A stretch of DNA of 64,000 bases from Anaeramoeba ignava BMAN (Eukaryota; Protista; Anaeramoebae): positions 118,564 to 182,563 of the forward strand of contig JAPDFW010000115.1 in NCBI GenBank assembly GCA_028826165.1, read 5' to 3'. Numbering within the stretch: position 1 is the stretch's first letter; every line of letters begins with the position of its first letter. Positions 1 to 14,400 of the stretch are shown here, in pieces. The position numbers were made by a program, and so were the translations under genes. The notes under the pieces are model-generated. The model searched no databases and had not been told where the DNA came from. It saw only the letters and a list, made by a program, of their open reading frames with translations.

Positions 1-3000
1 ATTTCTCCATTTTGATCAGTCAAATATAAAGTTGGGAATGAATTGATAATTTCTTTTTCCATTGCATTTTGTAAAGTAATTGGATCTTCCATTATACTTC
101 TAATAATTGATTTTGTCAATTCAAACAATCCATCGAAAAAGTTTTGGTGTTCAATTTCTAAATTAATTATAAGTTCCAAACCACCTAATTTTGTAAAAAG
201 AGAAGCATAATCAAAATGATAAACCATTTTGGATATAAATTGTAAAAGAGCTTGAATTCCAAGAGCATCTGATTTTATTTTCAAAAGATTAATAGAAATA
301 TCAATAAATCTTTGTTTGTAATTTGAATCCAAAATAAATTTCACAGCTTTTTGTTGTTGTTCATCTTCCATTGTTTCAATTTGTTCTGGGATTTTCAAAA
401 TATGAGGAAATAAAACTTCAAGTAATAATAAAGAAGAAGTAACAAAAGGTTCCCAAATTAATGTTTTCTTTTCTGAATCAGTAATTGAAATTGTGGGTTC
501 TGATGTATATGATTGAATAAATTTATCCAGTATTGAACACAATGTTTCAACAATTCCATCTTGTATTGAGATCATGATTAATTGTTCATTCTGTTCTTTT
601 TGTTTCATAATTTCAATATCTTCTTTTGAATCAACTTTGTAATTTGGATAACTATAAGGTGATCTTGGTCTGACTTTTGCTTCTGAAGATTGTTGTTCTT
701 GATAATTTAAAAACAGAAGTAAAAATTGAATGAAATTCTCCATTTTACCAATTTTTGGCCATTGTTCAAGATGTTTTTTAATTCTATTATGTAAATCTGA
801 GATTATTGAAATGTAATAAACATTTGCTTCTTTTTTTCTTAAACTGTGATTTTTGATAATTTTAGAAATTGGTTCTTCTAATTCACCAAAATTTCTAGCT
901 TCAAGAATTTCAAAAAGTTGTGAAACAAGATTATTTTCTATTGAATTAATTTGACTAATTTCATCTTGATCTTGGTCTTGTTTTTGTTGTTCTTGTGTTT
1001 CATCTTCTGCATTTTGTTGAAGAGACATTTTAAGAGCCTTTTCAAGTTCAGATTCTTCAAGAGTTTTTGAAACATCTTCTGTAATAGGATTATTCAAAAT
1101 CCACTCTGTTGCTGCTTCAATATCATCACCACCAACTTGTCTTAATCCCTCTTCTGCTCTTTCTCTTGGAAATCCCATATCAACCATAATTTCAACAAGT
1201 TGTGGATTTACATAACTTCTTTGTCTACTTGGATATAAAAATGAGTTGAATTGATTCACTAGAGTTTTGCTTTCTGTTTTGGTTTTTAATTTCTCAAAAA
1301 CTTCCTCATTAGTTCCTTCAAGTGCTGTATCAAGCATAGATAAAATACTGTTCAAAAATTTATAAGGTGCAACACTTAGCTCTTTTTTCCCCCAAACTAA
1401 TGCTAGGAAATTATTTGTTACTTTGTTTTGAATAATTTTCATGAAGTTCTTCTCATCAAATTTTTGTTTTAAATTTGGAAATTCAAAATTTTTTAATGAG
1501 GATGTTATTGGTGAAGAAACAAATTTTTGAGTTGAGATCATTTGTTGAATTGAATTGATAAATTTTTCTATTGTGTTGTCAAATAGAATTTGATGTTGGC
1601 GAGTAATATTTTCTGTTTTGGGTTTTTCTTGTAAATTTTGATCTGGAATGTTTTCATTATTTGAAATTGTTTCTTTTGGTTCAGAAACGAAAAATGGGGT
1701 TTGTTTAACTAATTCGTTTAGAATTTTGATTAAAAATTCAAAACATCCATTTTGATAAACAAGAACAAGTAATAAAGAATTGAATATTTCAGGAAGATGA
1801 AGAGCGGGAACAGAAGGATTCATAAACGATTTAAAACGATCCAAAAAGGAAAATAGATAATATAATTCAGAATAAGACATTGAAGAAAGTTGAGAATTTC
1901 TGTGTGAATTGAAGAATTGAGTTGAAGTTTCTAAATTTTGTGAAATTTGTTGAGCTAATAAAATAACAGGTTTTGGTGGTGATTTACTTTCTTGAGCAAT
2001 TGCAGGATTAAAAGAAGATATAACAATATGATTTAATCCTGAAAAGAAATCAATTAAAGATGATTTAAGTTGGTTTCTGATCATTATTTGATTTTTATCT
2101 TCTTTAATTTTATCTTTTTCTTCTTTTTCTTCTTTTAATTTTTTTTCCATTCTTTTCTTGTTTTTTTCTTCCTTTTCATTACAATTTATCCATTCAATTT
2201 GATCCAATAAATTTGAAAATGATAAACATAATTCAAGAGCTTTTGGTTTTGTCCATTCTGTTAATAATGTAAGTGGAGAACCATCTCTTATACTGTGATA
2301 AGAAGCTTGTTTAACTAAATCAGAAAGTAATTGAACAAGACTTGTAAATCTCGAAAGTTGATTTTTAGAATCTGTTTTGAGAAGAAATTCAGAATCAATA
2401 TTTAATTTTTTAAGTTGTTCAAGTGTTTGATTAACAAGAACTTGAGAAACTTCTGAAATTTTTTGAGATCCAATATTTTGGAATAAACGATTGAAAAATT
2501 CAGTTCCTGTTGATAAGAAAAAGTTTGTTGGAACTTCATCTGAAAGTAAAATATTCAAGAAGAAAACAAGTCCTCTTTTTTGTATGAACATGTTTGTGTG
2601 ATTGTATGAAACTAGAAATCTTTCAAGGAATTGAGAAATGTTTTCAATATAACCTCCAATATAAGTTTCAACTATTGAATCAACTTCTTCTTTGGGTTTT
2701 TCTTTGTTTTGTTCTCTAATAGTATTTGAATATATTCCTTGGTAAATGTATTTGATCATTTCAATAATCATATTAATCATTGGTTCAAGAATTTCTGGAA
2801 GATATTGAACAACAAATTCAAAATTCAATCCTAATTCTGTTAGTGTTCTTTTTGATAAAATTGGCAAATATTTATAATCAACAAGACAAGATAAAATTGG
2901 TTGGTAAATCTTTGATGCTTTGATGAAAATCTGGCCTTGTTCATGTGAAGTGAGTCTATTGAGAATTCTTGAAAGAGTTATTAAAGAATTTGAAGAGTTT

Positions 3001-4921
3001 GGAACTATTTTATGAATTAATGAAGAAAGATTTTTGAATATTCCTGCAGATATTGTAAGTGGGATATATAAAGGTTGAGCAATAATTTGATAAAGAATTT
3101 CAATAACTGTTGTGAATAAATTAGGGTTTTTTTCACATAATTCATGATTTAATAAAATTTCATTGATTTGTTTTTTCATTGGAGAGTTTGTAATAAATTC
3201 ATCAATTTCTGTATCATTTTGTGGGAGTAAATGAGAGATTAATTTGAAAGACATTTCCAAACATTTGATTCTTTTTTGGCTGATTAATTGTGCTTTTGAA
3301 TCTGAAATTTCCTTTTGTAAATTTACGAAATCTGTTTCAATTCTTTTAAGAACATCTGTATAAAAATTTCTTTGAATAAAATATTGAACAGCATTTGTAT
3401 TTCTATTCAATAAAAAGAACCAAATCTCAATAAAATTTGTGATTATTGGTAAAATTTCTGGATTTTCATCTTTGATTAAATTAATAGTCCCAAGAATCCA
3501 TTGACTTTCATTTGTAAATAATAAAATTGCATTTGGAGTTTTTGTAATCATGAGAATAAATTTGGATAATTTTTTAAGGAATCTAAAATTATATATTGGA
3601 TCTTCTTTTAATTGATCTTCAAGATCTGCCATTAAATATTCCATTAAACCTGGAATTGTTTTTGTATCAATAACCTCTATTCTTGATGTAAATCCTGCTT
3701 TTTCAATAATTTCAGCTTGTAAAAAGGCATGTCTATAAATTGACATGAGTATTTGAATTGATAAAAATCTTAAATCCTAAATTTAATTTAAATAAATTTA
3801 ATTTACAATTAAAAAAACAAATTATTATTTATTATTTTTTTTACATTTTCAATTTTATAATCTGTTAAAGCAAGTGAATAAAGTTCTTGAACTAAATCAG
3901 GATAATTTTTTGAGATTTGTTTAATATAAGGATTATTTTGAGATGAAATTGAGAATAAAGTTTCAAAAGCTATTAATTTTGTTTTGAAATTTTGTTTCAT
4001 TCCATCAACACCTTTTTGGAAGCTTTTGAATCTATTATAATACTGATGAATTATTGGGAAAAAATATTCAGGAAGATTTTGTGTTTCTGATAAATTTTTT
4101 AGTTCATCAATTTCTGAAAACCAATTTGAAAAATTAAGTTGAATTTGTTGTAAAAGTTTTTCTTGATCTTTTTCTTCTTCTTTTTTGATAACAAATGAGA
4201 AATTCATTAAACTAGAATCAGTAATTAACTAATAATTAAAAAAAAAATAAATATTAATAATTGAAAAAAGATGAAATGTTTTTTTTTTTTACTTCTTTTT
4301 GCATTTTTAAATTTTCATCAATTTTTGCAAAATCTAAAAATGTAAATTTATGCACTTCATTTGTAATTAATGATATTTGAGAATATGTAAATAAAGATGA
4401 AAACAATTCATTTTGCCAAATTTTTGTAAATGAAGGATTTTTTGAAAATTGAGCAGAAAAATTAGAATTTGAAGGTGAAATTTTTGAATAAAGAACTTTA
4501 ACTAATTCTAAAACATAATCAGCAAAAGGTTCTCCAATATCAAGTAATCTTTTAATATATTCTTCTGAATTGTATATTCCAATGTGTGTTTTTGATTTTT
4601 TAAGGATTTGTTTTGTAAATTTTAGAACTCCAATTATTAATTCTTTATTAAATTGTTCAATGTTTGTTAAATTTTCAATAAATGATTCTTTAAGTTTTTC
4701 TTTTTCAAAAATTTCATCAAATTTGTTTAAAACTTCTATCCATCCAAAAATATCAATCTATTTTTTTTTTCCAAATAAAAATTAACAAAAATAATAAAAA
4801 TAAAAATAAAATTTTTTTTTACTTCTTTAAATGGGAATTTTTCATTTAAAATTTGAATAAATTCTTGAGAGTTTGAATCTAAACTTAAAATTTTTTTGAT
4901 AAATTCTTGTTCTTCCAATGT
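1..4921 (-). CDS. HUWE1/TOM1/UPL1-like giant E3 ubiquitin ligase, N-terminal part (DUF908/DUF913-like ARM region, UBA, UIM); runs off the window start
   Basis: Spliced exons 4921-4823, 4757-4293, 4228-3845, 3776-<1 with GT-AG introns, all phase 0. N-terminus ...IDIFGWIEVLNKFDEIFE resembles the HUWE1/TOM1 motif 'LYHWVDLLDRFD'. UBA VNPQLVEIMVDMGFPRERAEEGLRQVGGDDIEAATEWILNNP (~1090-1215) is followed by UIM-like LEESELEKALKMSLQ. The long exon is missing from the ORF track because it has no stop in the window. A probable, damaged first exon lies at 7848-7810. The HECT domain is not visible. Confidence 0.8.
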
Positions 4922-4923
4922 CT

Positions 4924-7805
4924 AAGCAAAAAAAGGAATTTTATTTATAATTTTTTTAATATTATTTTAATTTTTTTAATATTATTTTATTTTTTTTAAT
5001 ATTGATTTTAATTTTGATTTTGATTTTGATTTTGATTTTGATTTTGATTTTGATTTTGATTTTGATTTTGATTTTAATTTTAATTTTGATTTTGATTTTG
5101 ATTTTAATTTTGATTTTAATTTTAATTTTGATTTTTATTTTGATTTTTATTTTGATTTTAATTTTAATTTTAATTTTGATTTTTTTAATTTTAATTTTAA
5201 TTTTAATTTTAATTTTTAATTTTTAATTTTATTTATATTTTTATTTATATTTTAATTTATATTTTAATTTTATAATTTAATTTATAATTTTATTTTAATT
5301 TTATAATTTTATTTTATTTAATTTAATTTATAATTTAATTTATAATTTTATTTATAATTTTATTTATAATTTTATTTTAATTTTTTAATTTATAATTTAT
5401 TTATAATTTAATTTATAATTTAATTTATAATTTTATTTATAATTTTATTTATAATTTTATTTATAATTTTATTGAATTTATTTATAATTTAATTTATAAT
5501 TTTATTTATAATTTTTTATAATTTATTTTTAATTTTTATTTATAATTTTATTTATAATTTTATTTATAATTTTATTTATAATTTTATTTTAATTTAATTT
5601 ATAATTTTATTTATAATTTTATTTATAATTTTATTTATAATTTTATTTATAATTTTATTTATAATTTAATTTTATTTTATTTATAATTTCAATTTTTTAA
5701 TTTATAATTTTATTTATAATTTTATTTATTTAATTTATAATTTTATTTATAATTTTTATTTATAATTTTATTTATAATTTTATTTATAATTTTATTTATA
5801 ATTTTAATTTATAATTTTATTTATAATTTTATTTATAATTTTTATTTATAATTTTATTTATAATTTTATTTATAATTTTATTTATAATTTTATTTATTTT
5901 TATTTTTAATTTTTATTTATAATTTTATTTATAATTTTATTTATAATTTTATTTATATTTTATTTATAATTTTATTTATAATTTTATTTATAATTTTATT
6001 TATAATTTAATTTATAATTTTATTTATAATTTTTATTTATAATTTAATTTATAATTTTATTTATAATTTTATTTAATTTTATTTATAATTTTATTTATAA
6101 TTTTATTTTAATTTTTATTTATAATTTTATTTATAATTTTATTTTTTTTATTTTTATAATTTTATTTATTTATTTTATTTTAATTTTTATTTATAATTTT
6201 ATTTATATTTTATTTATAATTTTATTTATAATTTTTAATTTATAATTTTATTTATAATTTTAATTTATTTTAATTTTTATTTTTTTATAATTTTATTTAT
6301 AATTTTATTTATAATTTTATTTATAATTTTATTTATAATTTAATTTATAATTTATAATTTTATTTTATTATTTTTGTAATTTATAATTTAATTTATAATT
6401 TTATTTATAATTTTATTTATAATTTTAATTTTATTTTAATTTTTATTTATAATTTTATTTATAATTTTATTTATAATTTTTATTTATAATTTATTTTATT
6501 TATATTTTTTTAATTTTATTTTAATTTATTTATAATTTTATTTATAATTTTTATTTTTAATTTTATTTTATTTAATTTTTATTTATAATTTTAATTTTTA
6601 TTAATTTTTAATTTTATATAATTTTATTTTAATTTTATTTATAATTTTATTTATAATTTTATTTATAATTTTAATTTATAATTTTTATTTATAATTTTTA
6701 TTTATAATTTTTATTTATAATTTTATTTATAATTTTATTTATAATTTTATTTATATTTTATTTTATAATTTTATTTATTTTTTATTTATAAATTTTTATT
6801 TATAATTTTATTTTATAATTTTATTTATATTTAATTTATATTTATAATTTTATTTATAATTTAATTTATAATTTTATTTTATAATTTTATTTATAATTTA
6901 ATTTATAATTTTAATTTATAATTTTATTTATTTATTTTATTTATTTAATTTAATTTAAATTTATAATTTTAATTTTATTTTTAATTTATAATTTTATTTA
7001 TAATTTAATTTATAATTTTTAATTTATAATTTTATTTATAATTTGATTTTATTTTTATTTATAATTTTATTTATAATTTATTTATATTTTATTTTATTTT
7101 TTTATAATTTTATTTATAATTTTATTTATAATTTTAATTTATAATTTTATTTATAATTTAATTTATAATTTTATTTATAATTTTAATTTATAATTTAATT
7201 TATAATTTTTTTATTTAATTTAATTTATAATTTAATTTTTAATTTTAATTTATATTTTTAATTTATAATTTTTTATAATTTTTATTTATAATTTAATTTT
7301 TATTAATTTTTAATTTTAATTTTATTTATAATTTTATTTTTTAATTTTATTTATAATTTTATTTATAATTTTATTTATAATTTTATTTTTTATTTATATT
7401 TATTTTTAATTTTAATTTTATTTTTTTTTATTTTTATTTTAATTTTATTTTTTATTTTTATTTTTATTTTTTATTTATAATTTAATTTTATAATTTAATT
7501 TATAATTTTTATTTATAATTTTATTTATAGTTTAATTTATAATTTTATTTATATTTTAATTTGTAATTTTATTTATAATTTTATTTATAATTTAATTTAT
7601 AATTTTATTTATAATTTTTATTTATATTTTGGTTTTATTTATAATTTAATTTATAATTTTATTTATAATTTTATTTATAATTTTATTTATAATTTAATTT
7701 ATAATTTAATTTATAATTTTATTTATAATTTTATTTATAATTTAATTTATAATTTTATTTATAATTTAATTTATAATTTTATTTATAATTTAATTTATAA
7801 TTTTA
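4924..7805. repeat. Intronic simple-repeat tract: (ATTTTG/ATTTTA)n then 12-mer (ATAATTTTATTT)n, ~2.9 kb, almost no G/C
   Basis: Directly visible; lies between the acceptor at 4922-4923 and the putative first exon of the E3 ligase. Confidence 0.95.
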
Positions 7806-8239
7806 TAAATGGTTGTGTTTTGTAAGTTGATATTGTAAAATTTCACATTTAAAAATAATAAAAAGTGTATTAAATAAAAAAGAGAGAAAAATATTTTATG
7901 TTTTAAAAATTTTAGAATTTTTTACAATTGTTTTTGTTTGTGAAAGAATTTTAATTTTCATTTTTATAAAGAAAAAAATAAAAAAAATAAAAAAAATAGA
8001 AATGAGAAAAATGAAAAAATTAAATTTAAAAAAATTAAAAAATTAAATAAAGAACTTTTTTCTTTTTTCTTTTTTATTGTTGTTTATTGATGTTTCTTTT
8101 ATTGTTTATTGTGTTTTTTTCTTACTTTCTTTTTTCTAAAAAAAATTTGAAAAAAAAAACATTGAAAATAGGAACATTTTTATTTTAAAAAAAAAAAACT
8201 TTTTATCAATCTAATTAGTTAAGCAAATTCCGAATAAAA

Positions 8240-10722
8240 TTATAAGAAATATTCTGGTGGTTCATCGGAAATTATTGCAGTTGCAGTTTCAGGTGAAGTT
8301 TCAAATTGTAAACTAAATTAAAAAAAATTATCCGAAATTTTTTTGTTAATTAAAAATAATTTAAAAAATAATTTAAAAAATAATTAAATTTTACAATCTT
8401 TTTGTCATTTGATCATCTACTTCCATAATTGCACCTTTATTTCCACATCTCATACAATAATTTGGTGCAGAAAAAAGTGTTACAACTTTTCCATCATGAC
8501 ATAAATTAAAACCCTAAAATTCAATTTAAAATAAAAATTTAAATTTGAATATAAATATAAATATAAATATAATAATAAATGTAAAATAAATGTTTTAAAA
8601 TATAAATATAAATATAAATATAAATATAAAAATAAATAAATATAAAATAAATATAAAATAATAATAATGTTATAAATATAATAATAAATATAAAAATATA
8701 AATGTTATAAATATAAATAATTTTATAAATATAAAAATAAAAATAAAAATAGAAAATATAAATATAAAATGAAAAATATAAATATAAAAATATAAATATA
8801 AATATAAATATAAATATTTTTTTTAAATATAAATATAATGTTTAAATGTTTAATTGTAAAATTTAAATATCTTTTTCTAAAAATTTGAAAAACATGAAAA
8901 TAGGAACAAAATTTTAAAAATTTTTAAAAATATAAATAATAAATATAAAATATAAAAAAATATAAGAAATATAAATGGTTCATCGGAAAATATTAAAAGT
9001 TAAGTTTAAAATATAAAGTTTCAAATTGTAATTTAAATTAAAAATTATCCGAAATTTAAATTAATTAAAAAAAATTTAAAAATAAATTTAAAAATAATTA
9101 AAATTTAAAATATTTGTCATTTGATCATATACTTCCATACATAAATATAAACATAAATATAAATATAATTAAAAATAAAATATAAATCATGACATAAATT
9201 AAAACCATAAAAATTAAACATAAAATATAAATATAAATATAAATATAAATATAAATATAAATATAAATATAAATATAAATATAAATATAAATATAAATAT
9301 AAATATAAAATAATATAAATATAAATATAAAATATAAATATAAAATATAAATATAAATATAATTATAAATATAAATATAAAATATGTAAAATATAAATAT
9401 AAATATAAAATAATAAATATAAATATAAAAATATAAATATAAATATAAAATATAAATATAAATATAAATATAAATATAAATATAAATATATAAATAAAAT
9501 ATAAATATAAATATAAATATAAATATAAATATAAATATAAATATAAATATAAATAAAATATAATAAATATAAATATAAATATAAATATAAATATAAATAT
9601 AAATATAAATATTAATATAAATATAAATATAAATATAAATATAAATATAAATATGAAATAAATATAAATATAAATATAAATATAAATATAAATATAAATA
9701 TAAATATAAAACTTACTTCCATAACTAATTGATGTGCTCTAGCTGTTAAAGTTAAACCATTTGCTTTATGGAAATTATTTGTATTATCTTTTCCAAAAGT
9801 AAAGCCAGCACCACGAGGGGAAATACCCCAACCATTTCTATCATCAGGATCTGACCACATTAAATCACACATTAATCCTTCATTCGGAATTTCTTGAAAT
9901 CTATCTAATTTTTTAAGTTGATCAATAGTTTTAAGAGCTGGTGAAAGACCTCCATGAATACAAAATATCTTTTTAATTTATAATTTTTATTTATAATTTA
10001 ATTTATAATTTTATTTATAATTTTATTTATAATTTAATTTATAATTTAATTTATAATTTTATTTATAATTTAATTTATAATTTTATTTATAATTTAATTT
10101 ATAATTTAATTTATAATTTTATTTATAATTTTATTTATAATTTAATTTATAATTTTATTTATAATTTAATTTATAATTTAATTTATAATTTAATTTATAA
10201 TTTTATTTATAATTTTATTTATAATTTTATTTATAATTTAATTTATAATTTTATTTATAATTTTATTTATAATTTTATTTATAATTTTATTTATAATTTA
10301 ATTTATAATTTTAATTTATAATTTAATTTATAATTTTATTTATAATTTTATTTATAATTTAATTTATAATTTTATTTATAATTTTATTTATAATTTTATT
10401 TATAATTTTATTTATAATTTAATTTATAATTTTATTTATATTTTAATTTATAATTTAATTTATTATTTTATTTATAATTTAATTTATATTTTTATTTATA
10501 ATTTTATTTATAATTTTATTTATAATTTAATTTATAATTTAATTTATAATTTTATTTACTTCTTGATCAATTAAAGCACCAATAGGAAGAAAATCAAATA
10601 ATTCAGTAAAATAATTCCAAACATTTGCACTTCCATATTTTTGAATGCATTCATCATAAAAACCATAAACCTTTAATTTAAAAAAAAAATAAAAATAAAT
10701 GATCAAAAAAAAACAAAATAAA

Positions 10723-10758
<36 letters not shown>

Positions 10759-11231
10759 TACTGTTGTAATTTGTCTGCTTTCATGATTTCCACGAAGAAG
10801 AGTAATACGATTGGGATAACGAGCTAAATTAAAAAAATAAAAAAATTTAAATTAAAAATTAAGTTTAAAAATTTAAATAAAAATTAAGTAAAAAAATTTA
10901 ATTAAAATTTTTTTTTACCTTTTAAAGCAACCATTGTTGTTACTGTTTCTATTGAATATAAACCTCGATCAACATAATCTCCTAAAAAAAGAAAATTTGT
11001 ATCAGGACAAGAACCTGCAATTCGAAAAAGTTCTAAAAGATCAGGAAATTGACCATGAATATCTCCACAAACTGTTACTGGACTTCTTACTGTTACTACA
11101 TTATCTTCTTTTATTAATATCTCTTTTACTTTTTCACATAATGTTTTTATTTCATATTCTGATAGTGCTCGTGAATTTAATAATTGGTCTATTTGTTGAT
11201 CTAATGTTTGTAAATTTATTATTGATTGCAT
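8240..11231 (-). CDS. PPP2C: Ser/Thr protein phosphatase 2A catalytic subunit (PPP family)
   Basis: Exons 11231-10919, 10823-10762, 10670-10560, 9968-9717, 8513-8395, 8312-8240. Motifs GDIHG, GDYVDRG, RGNHE, HGGLSP, WSDP, RAHQ, SAPNYC, and C-terminal PPEYFL*. Confidence 0.96.
8520..9710. repeat. Intronic (AAATAT)n microsatellite containing a degraded copy of ~7855-8515
   Basis: The hexamer run is visible; embedded fragments match the downstream exons and 3' flank (e.g. ggttcatcggaa, tttgtcatttgatcat, catgacataaattaaaacc). Confidence 0.9.
9971..10555. repeat. Intronic 12-mer repeat (ATAATTTTATTT/ATAATTTAATTT)n
   Basis: Directly visible; same unit and orientation as the 5230-7805 tract. Confidence 0.95.
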
Positions 11232-11420
11232 TTTTTGAATTTTTTAAATTTTTAACGGAAAAAAAAAAAGGAAAAAAAATGAAAAAAAAATGAAAAATGA
11301 TTTTTGTTTTTTTGATCTTTTTCTTTTTTGATCAATTTTAATTAAATTTTTTTTTTTTATCCCTTTTCTTTTTTTCCTAATTAAATTTAATTTTAGATTT
11401 TGATTTAGCAAAACAACAAT

Positions 11421-14400
11421 AAATACATTTTGAATTAATTTATAAATAATATTTATTAATTAATATTAAATTAAATATTAAATTAATATTTATTTAAATT
11501 ATTAAATAAAATTAAATAAAAAAAAGTGGAATAAATAAATAAAATACTTTTTGATAATTTTATATAAATAAATAGAATAAATAAATAAATAAATACATTT
11601 TGAATTAAATTATAAATAATATTTATTAATTAATATTAAATTAAATATTAAATTAATATTTATATAAATTATTAAATAAAATTAAATAAAAAGTGGAATA
11701 AATAAATAAAAATATTTTTGATAATTTTATATAAATAAATAGAATAAATAAATAAATAAATACATTTTTGAATTAATTTATAAATAATATTTATTAATTA
11801 ATATTAAATTAAATATTAATTTAATATTTATATAAATTATTAAATAAAAATTAAATAAAAAGTGGAATAAATAAATAAAATATTTTTAATAATTTTATAT
11901 AAATAAATAGAATAAATAAATATATAAATATATTTTGAATTAATTTATAAATAATATTTATTAATTAATATTAAATTAAATATTAAATTAATATTTATTT
12001 AAATTATTAAATAAAATTAAATAAAAAAAGTGGAATAAATAAATAAAAATATTTTTAATAATTTTATATAAATAAATAGAATAAATAAATATATAAATAT
12101 ATTTTTGAATTAATTTATAAATAATATTTATTAATTGATATTAAATTAAGTATTAAATTAATATTAATATAAATTATTAAATAAAATTAAATAAAAAGTG
12201 GAATAAATAAATAAAATATTTTTAATAATTTTATATAAATAAATAGAATAAATAAATAAATAAATATATTTTGAATTAAATTATAAATAATATTTATTAA
12301 TTAATATTAAATTAAATATTAATTTTAATATTTATATAAATTATTAAATAAAATTAAATAAAAAGTGGAATAAATAAATAAAATACTTTTTGATAATTTT
12401 ATATAAATAAATAAAATAAAAATAAACAAATAGATTTTGAATTAATTTATAAATAATATTTATTAATTAATATTAAATTAAATATTAAATTAATATTTAT
12501 TTTAAATTATTAAATAAAATTAAATAAAAAGTGGAATAAATAAATAAAATATTTTTAATAATTTTATATAAATAAATAAAATAAAAATAAATAAATACAT
12601 TTTTGAATTAATTTATAAATAATATTTATTAATTAATATTAAATTAAATATTAAATTAATATTTATATAAATTATTAAAATAAAAATTAAATAAAAAAAA
12701 GTGGAATAAATAAATAAAATATTTTTAATAATTTTATATAAATAAATAGAATAAATAAATATATAAATACATTTTGAATTAAATTATAAATAATATTTAT
12801 TAATTAATATTAAATTAAATATTAATTTAATATTTATATAAATTATTAAATAAAAATTAAATAAAAAAAAAAGTGGAATAAATAAATAAAATACTTTTTG
12901 ATAATTTTATATAAATAAATAAAATAAAAATAAACAAATAGATTTTGAATTAATTTATAAATAATATTTATTAATTAATATTAAATTAAATATTAAATTA
13001 ATATTTATTTAAATTATTAAATAAAAATTAAATAAAAAGTGGAATAAATAAATAAAATATTTTTAATAATTTTATATAAATAAATAAAATAAAAATAAAT
13101 AAATACATTTTGAATTAAATTATAAATAATATTTATTAATTAATATTAAATTAAATATTAAATTAATATTTATATAAATTATTAAATAAAATTAAATAAA
13201 AAGTGGAATAAATAAATAAAATATTTTTAATAATTTTATATAAATAAATAGAATAAAATAAAATATATAAATACATTTTTGAATTAAATTATAAATAATA
13301 TTTTATTAATTAATATTAAATTAAATATTAATTTAATATTTATTTAAATTATTAAATAAAATTAAATAAAAAGTGGAATAAATAAATAAAATATTTTTAA
13401 TAATTTTATATAAATAAATAGAATAAAATAAATATATAAATATATTTTGAATTAATTTATAAATAATATTTATTAATTAATATTAAATTAAATATTAAAT
13501 TAATATTTATTTAAATTATTAAATAAAATTAAATAAAAAGTGGAATAAATAAATAAAATATTTTTAATAATTTTTATATAAATAAATAGAATAAATAAAT
13601 AAATAAATATATTTTTGAATTAATTTATAAATAATATTTATTAATTGATATTAAATTAAGTATTAAATTAATATTAATATAAATTATTAAATAAAATTAA
13701 ATAAAAAGTGGAATAAATAAATAAAATATTTTTAATAATTTTATAAATAAATAAGAATAAATAAATATAAATATATTTTGAATTAAATTATAAATAATAT
13801 TTATTAATTAATATTAAATTAAATATTAAATTAATATTTATATAAATTATTAAATAAAAATTAAATAAAAAGTGGAATAAATAAATAAAATATTTTTAAT
13901 AATTTTATATATAAATAAATAGAATAAATAAATAAATATATTTTTGAATTAATTTTATAAATAATATTTATTAATTAATATTAAATTAAATATTAAATTA
14001 ATATTTATTTAAATTATTAAATAAAATTAAATAAAAAAAAAGTGGAATAAATAAATAAAATATTTTTGATAATTTTTATATAAATAAATAAAATAAAAAT
14101 AAATAAATACATTTTGAATTAAATTATAAATAATATTTATTAATTAATATTAAATTAAATATTAAATTAATATTTATATAAATTATTAAATAAAATTAAA
14201 TAAAAAGTGGAATAAATAAATAAAATATTTTTAATAATTTTATATAAATAAATAGAATAAATAAATATATAAATACATTTTGAATTAAAATTATAAATAA
14301 TATTTATTAATTAATATTAAATTAAATATTAAATTAATATTTATATAAATTATTAAATAAAAAAATTAAATAAAAAGTGGAATAAATAAATAAAATATTT

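Noticed and set aside
5002-5226. ORFs of [24 protein letters not shown] type (also 23936, 30268, 32798, 32944, 33680, 35023, 59628, 59689)
   Set aside because: Translations of stop-free hexamer microsatellites in introns or intergenic DNA.
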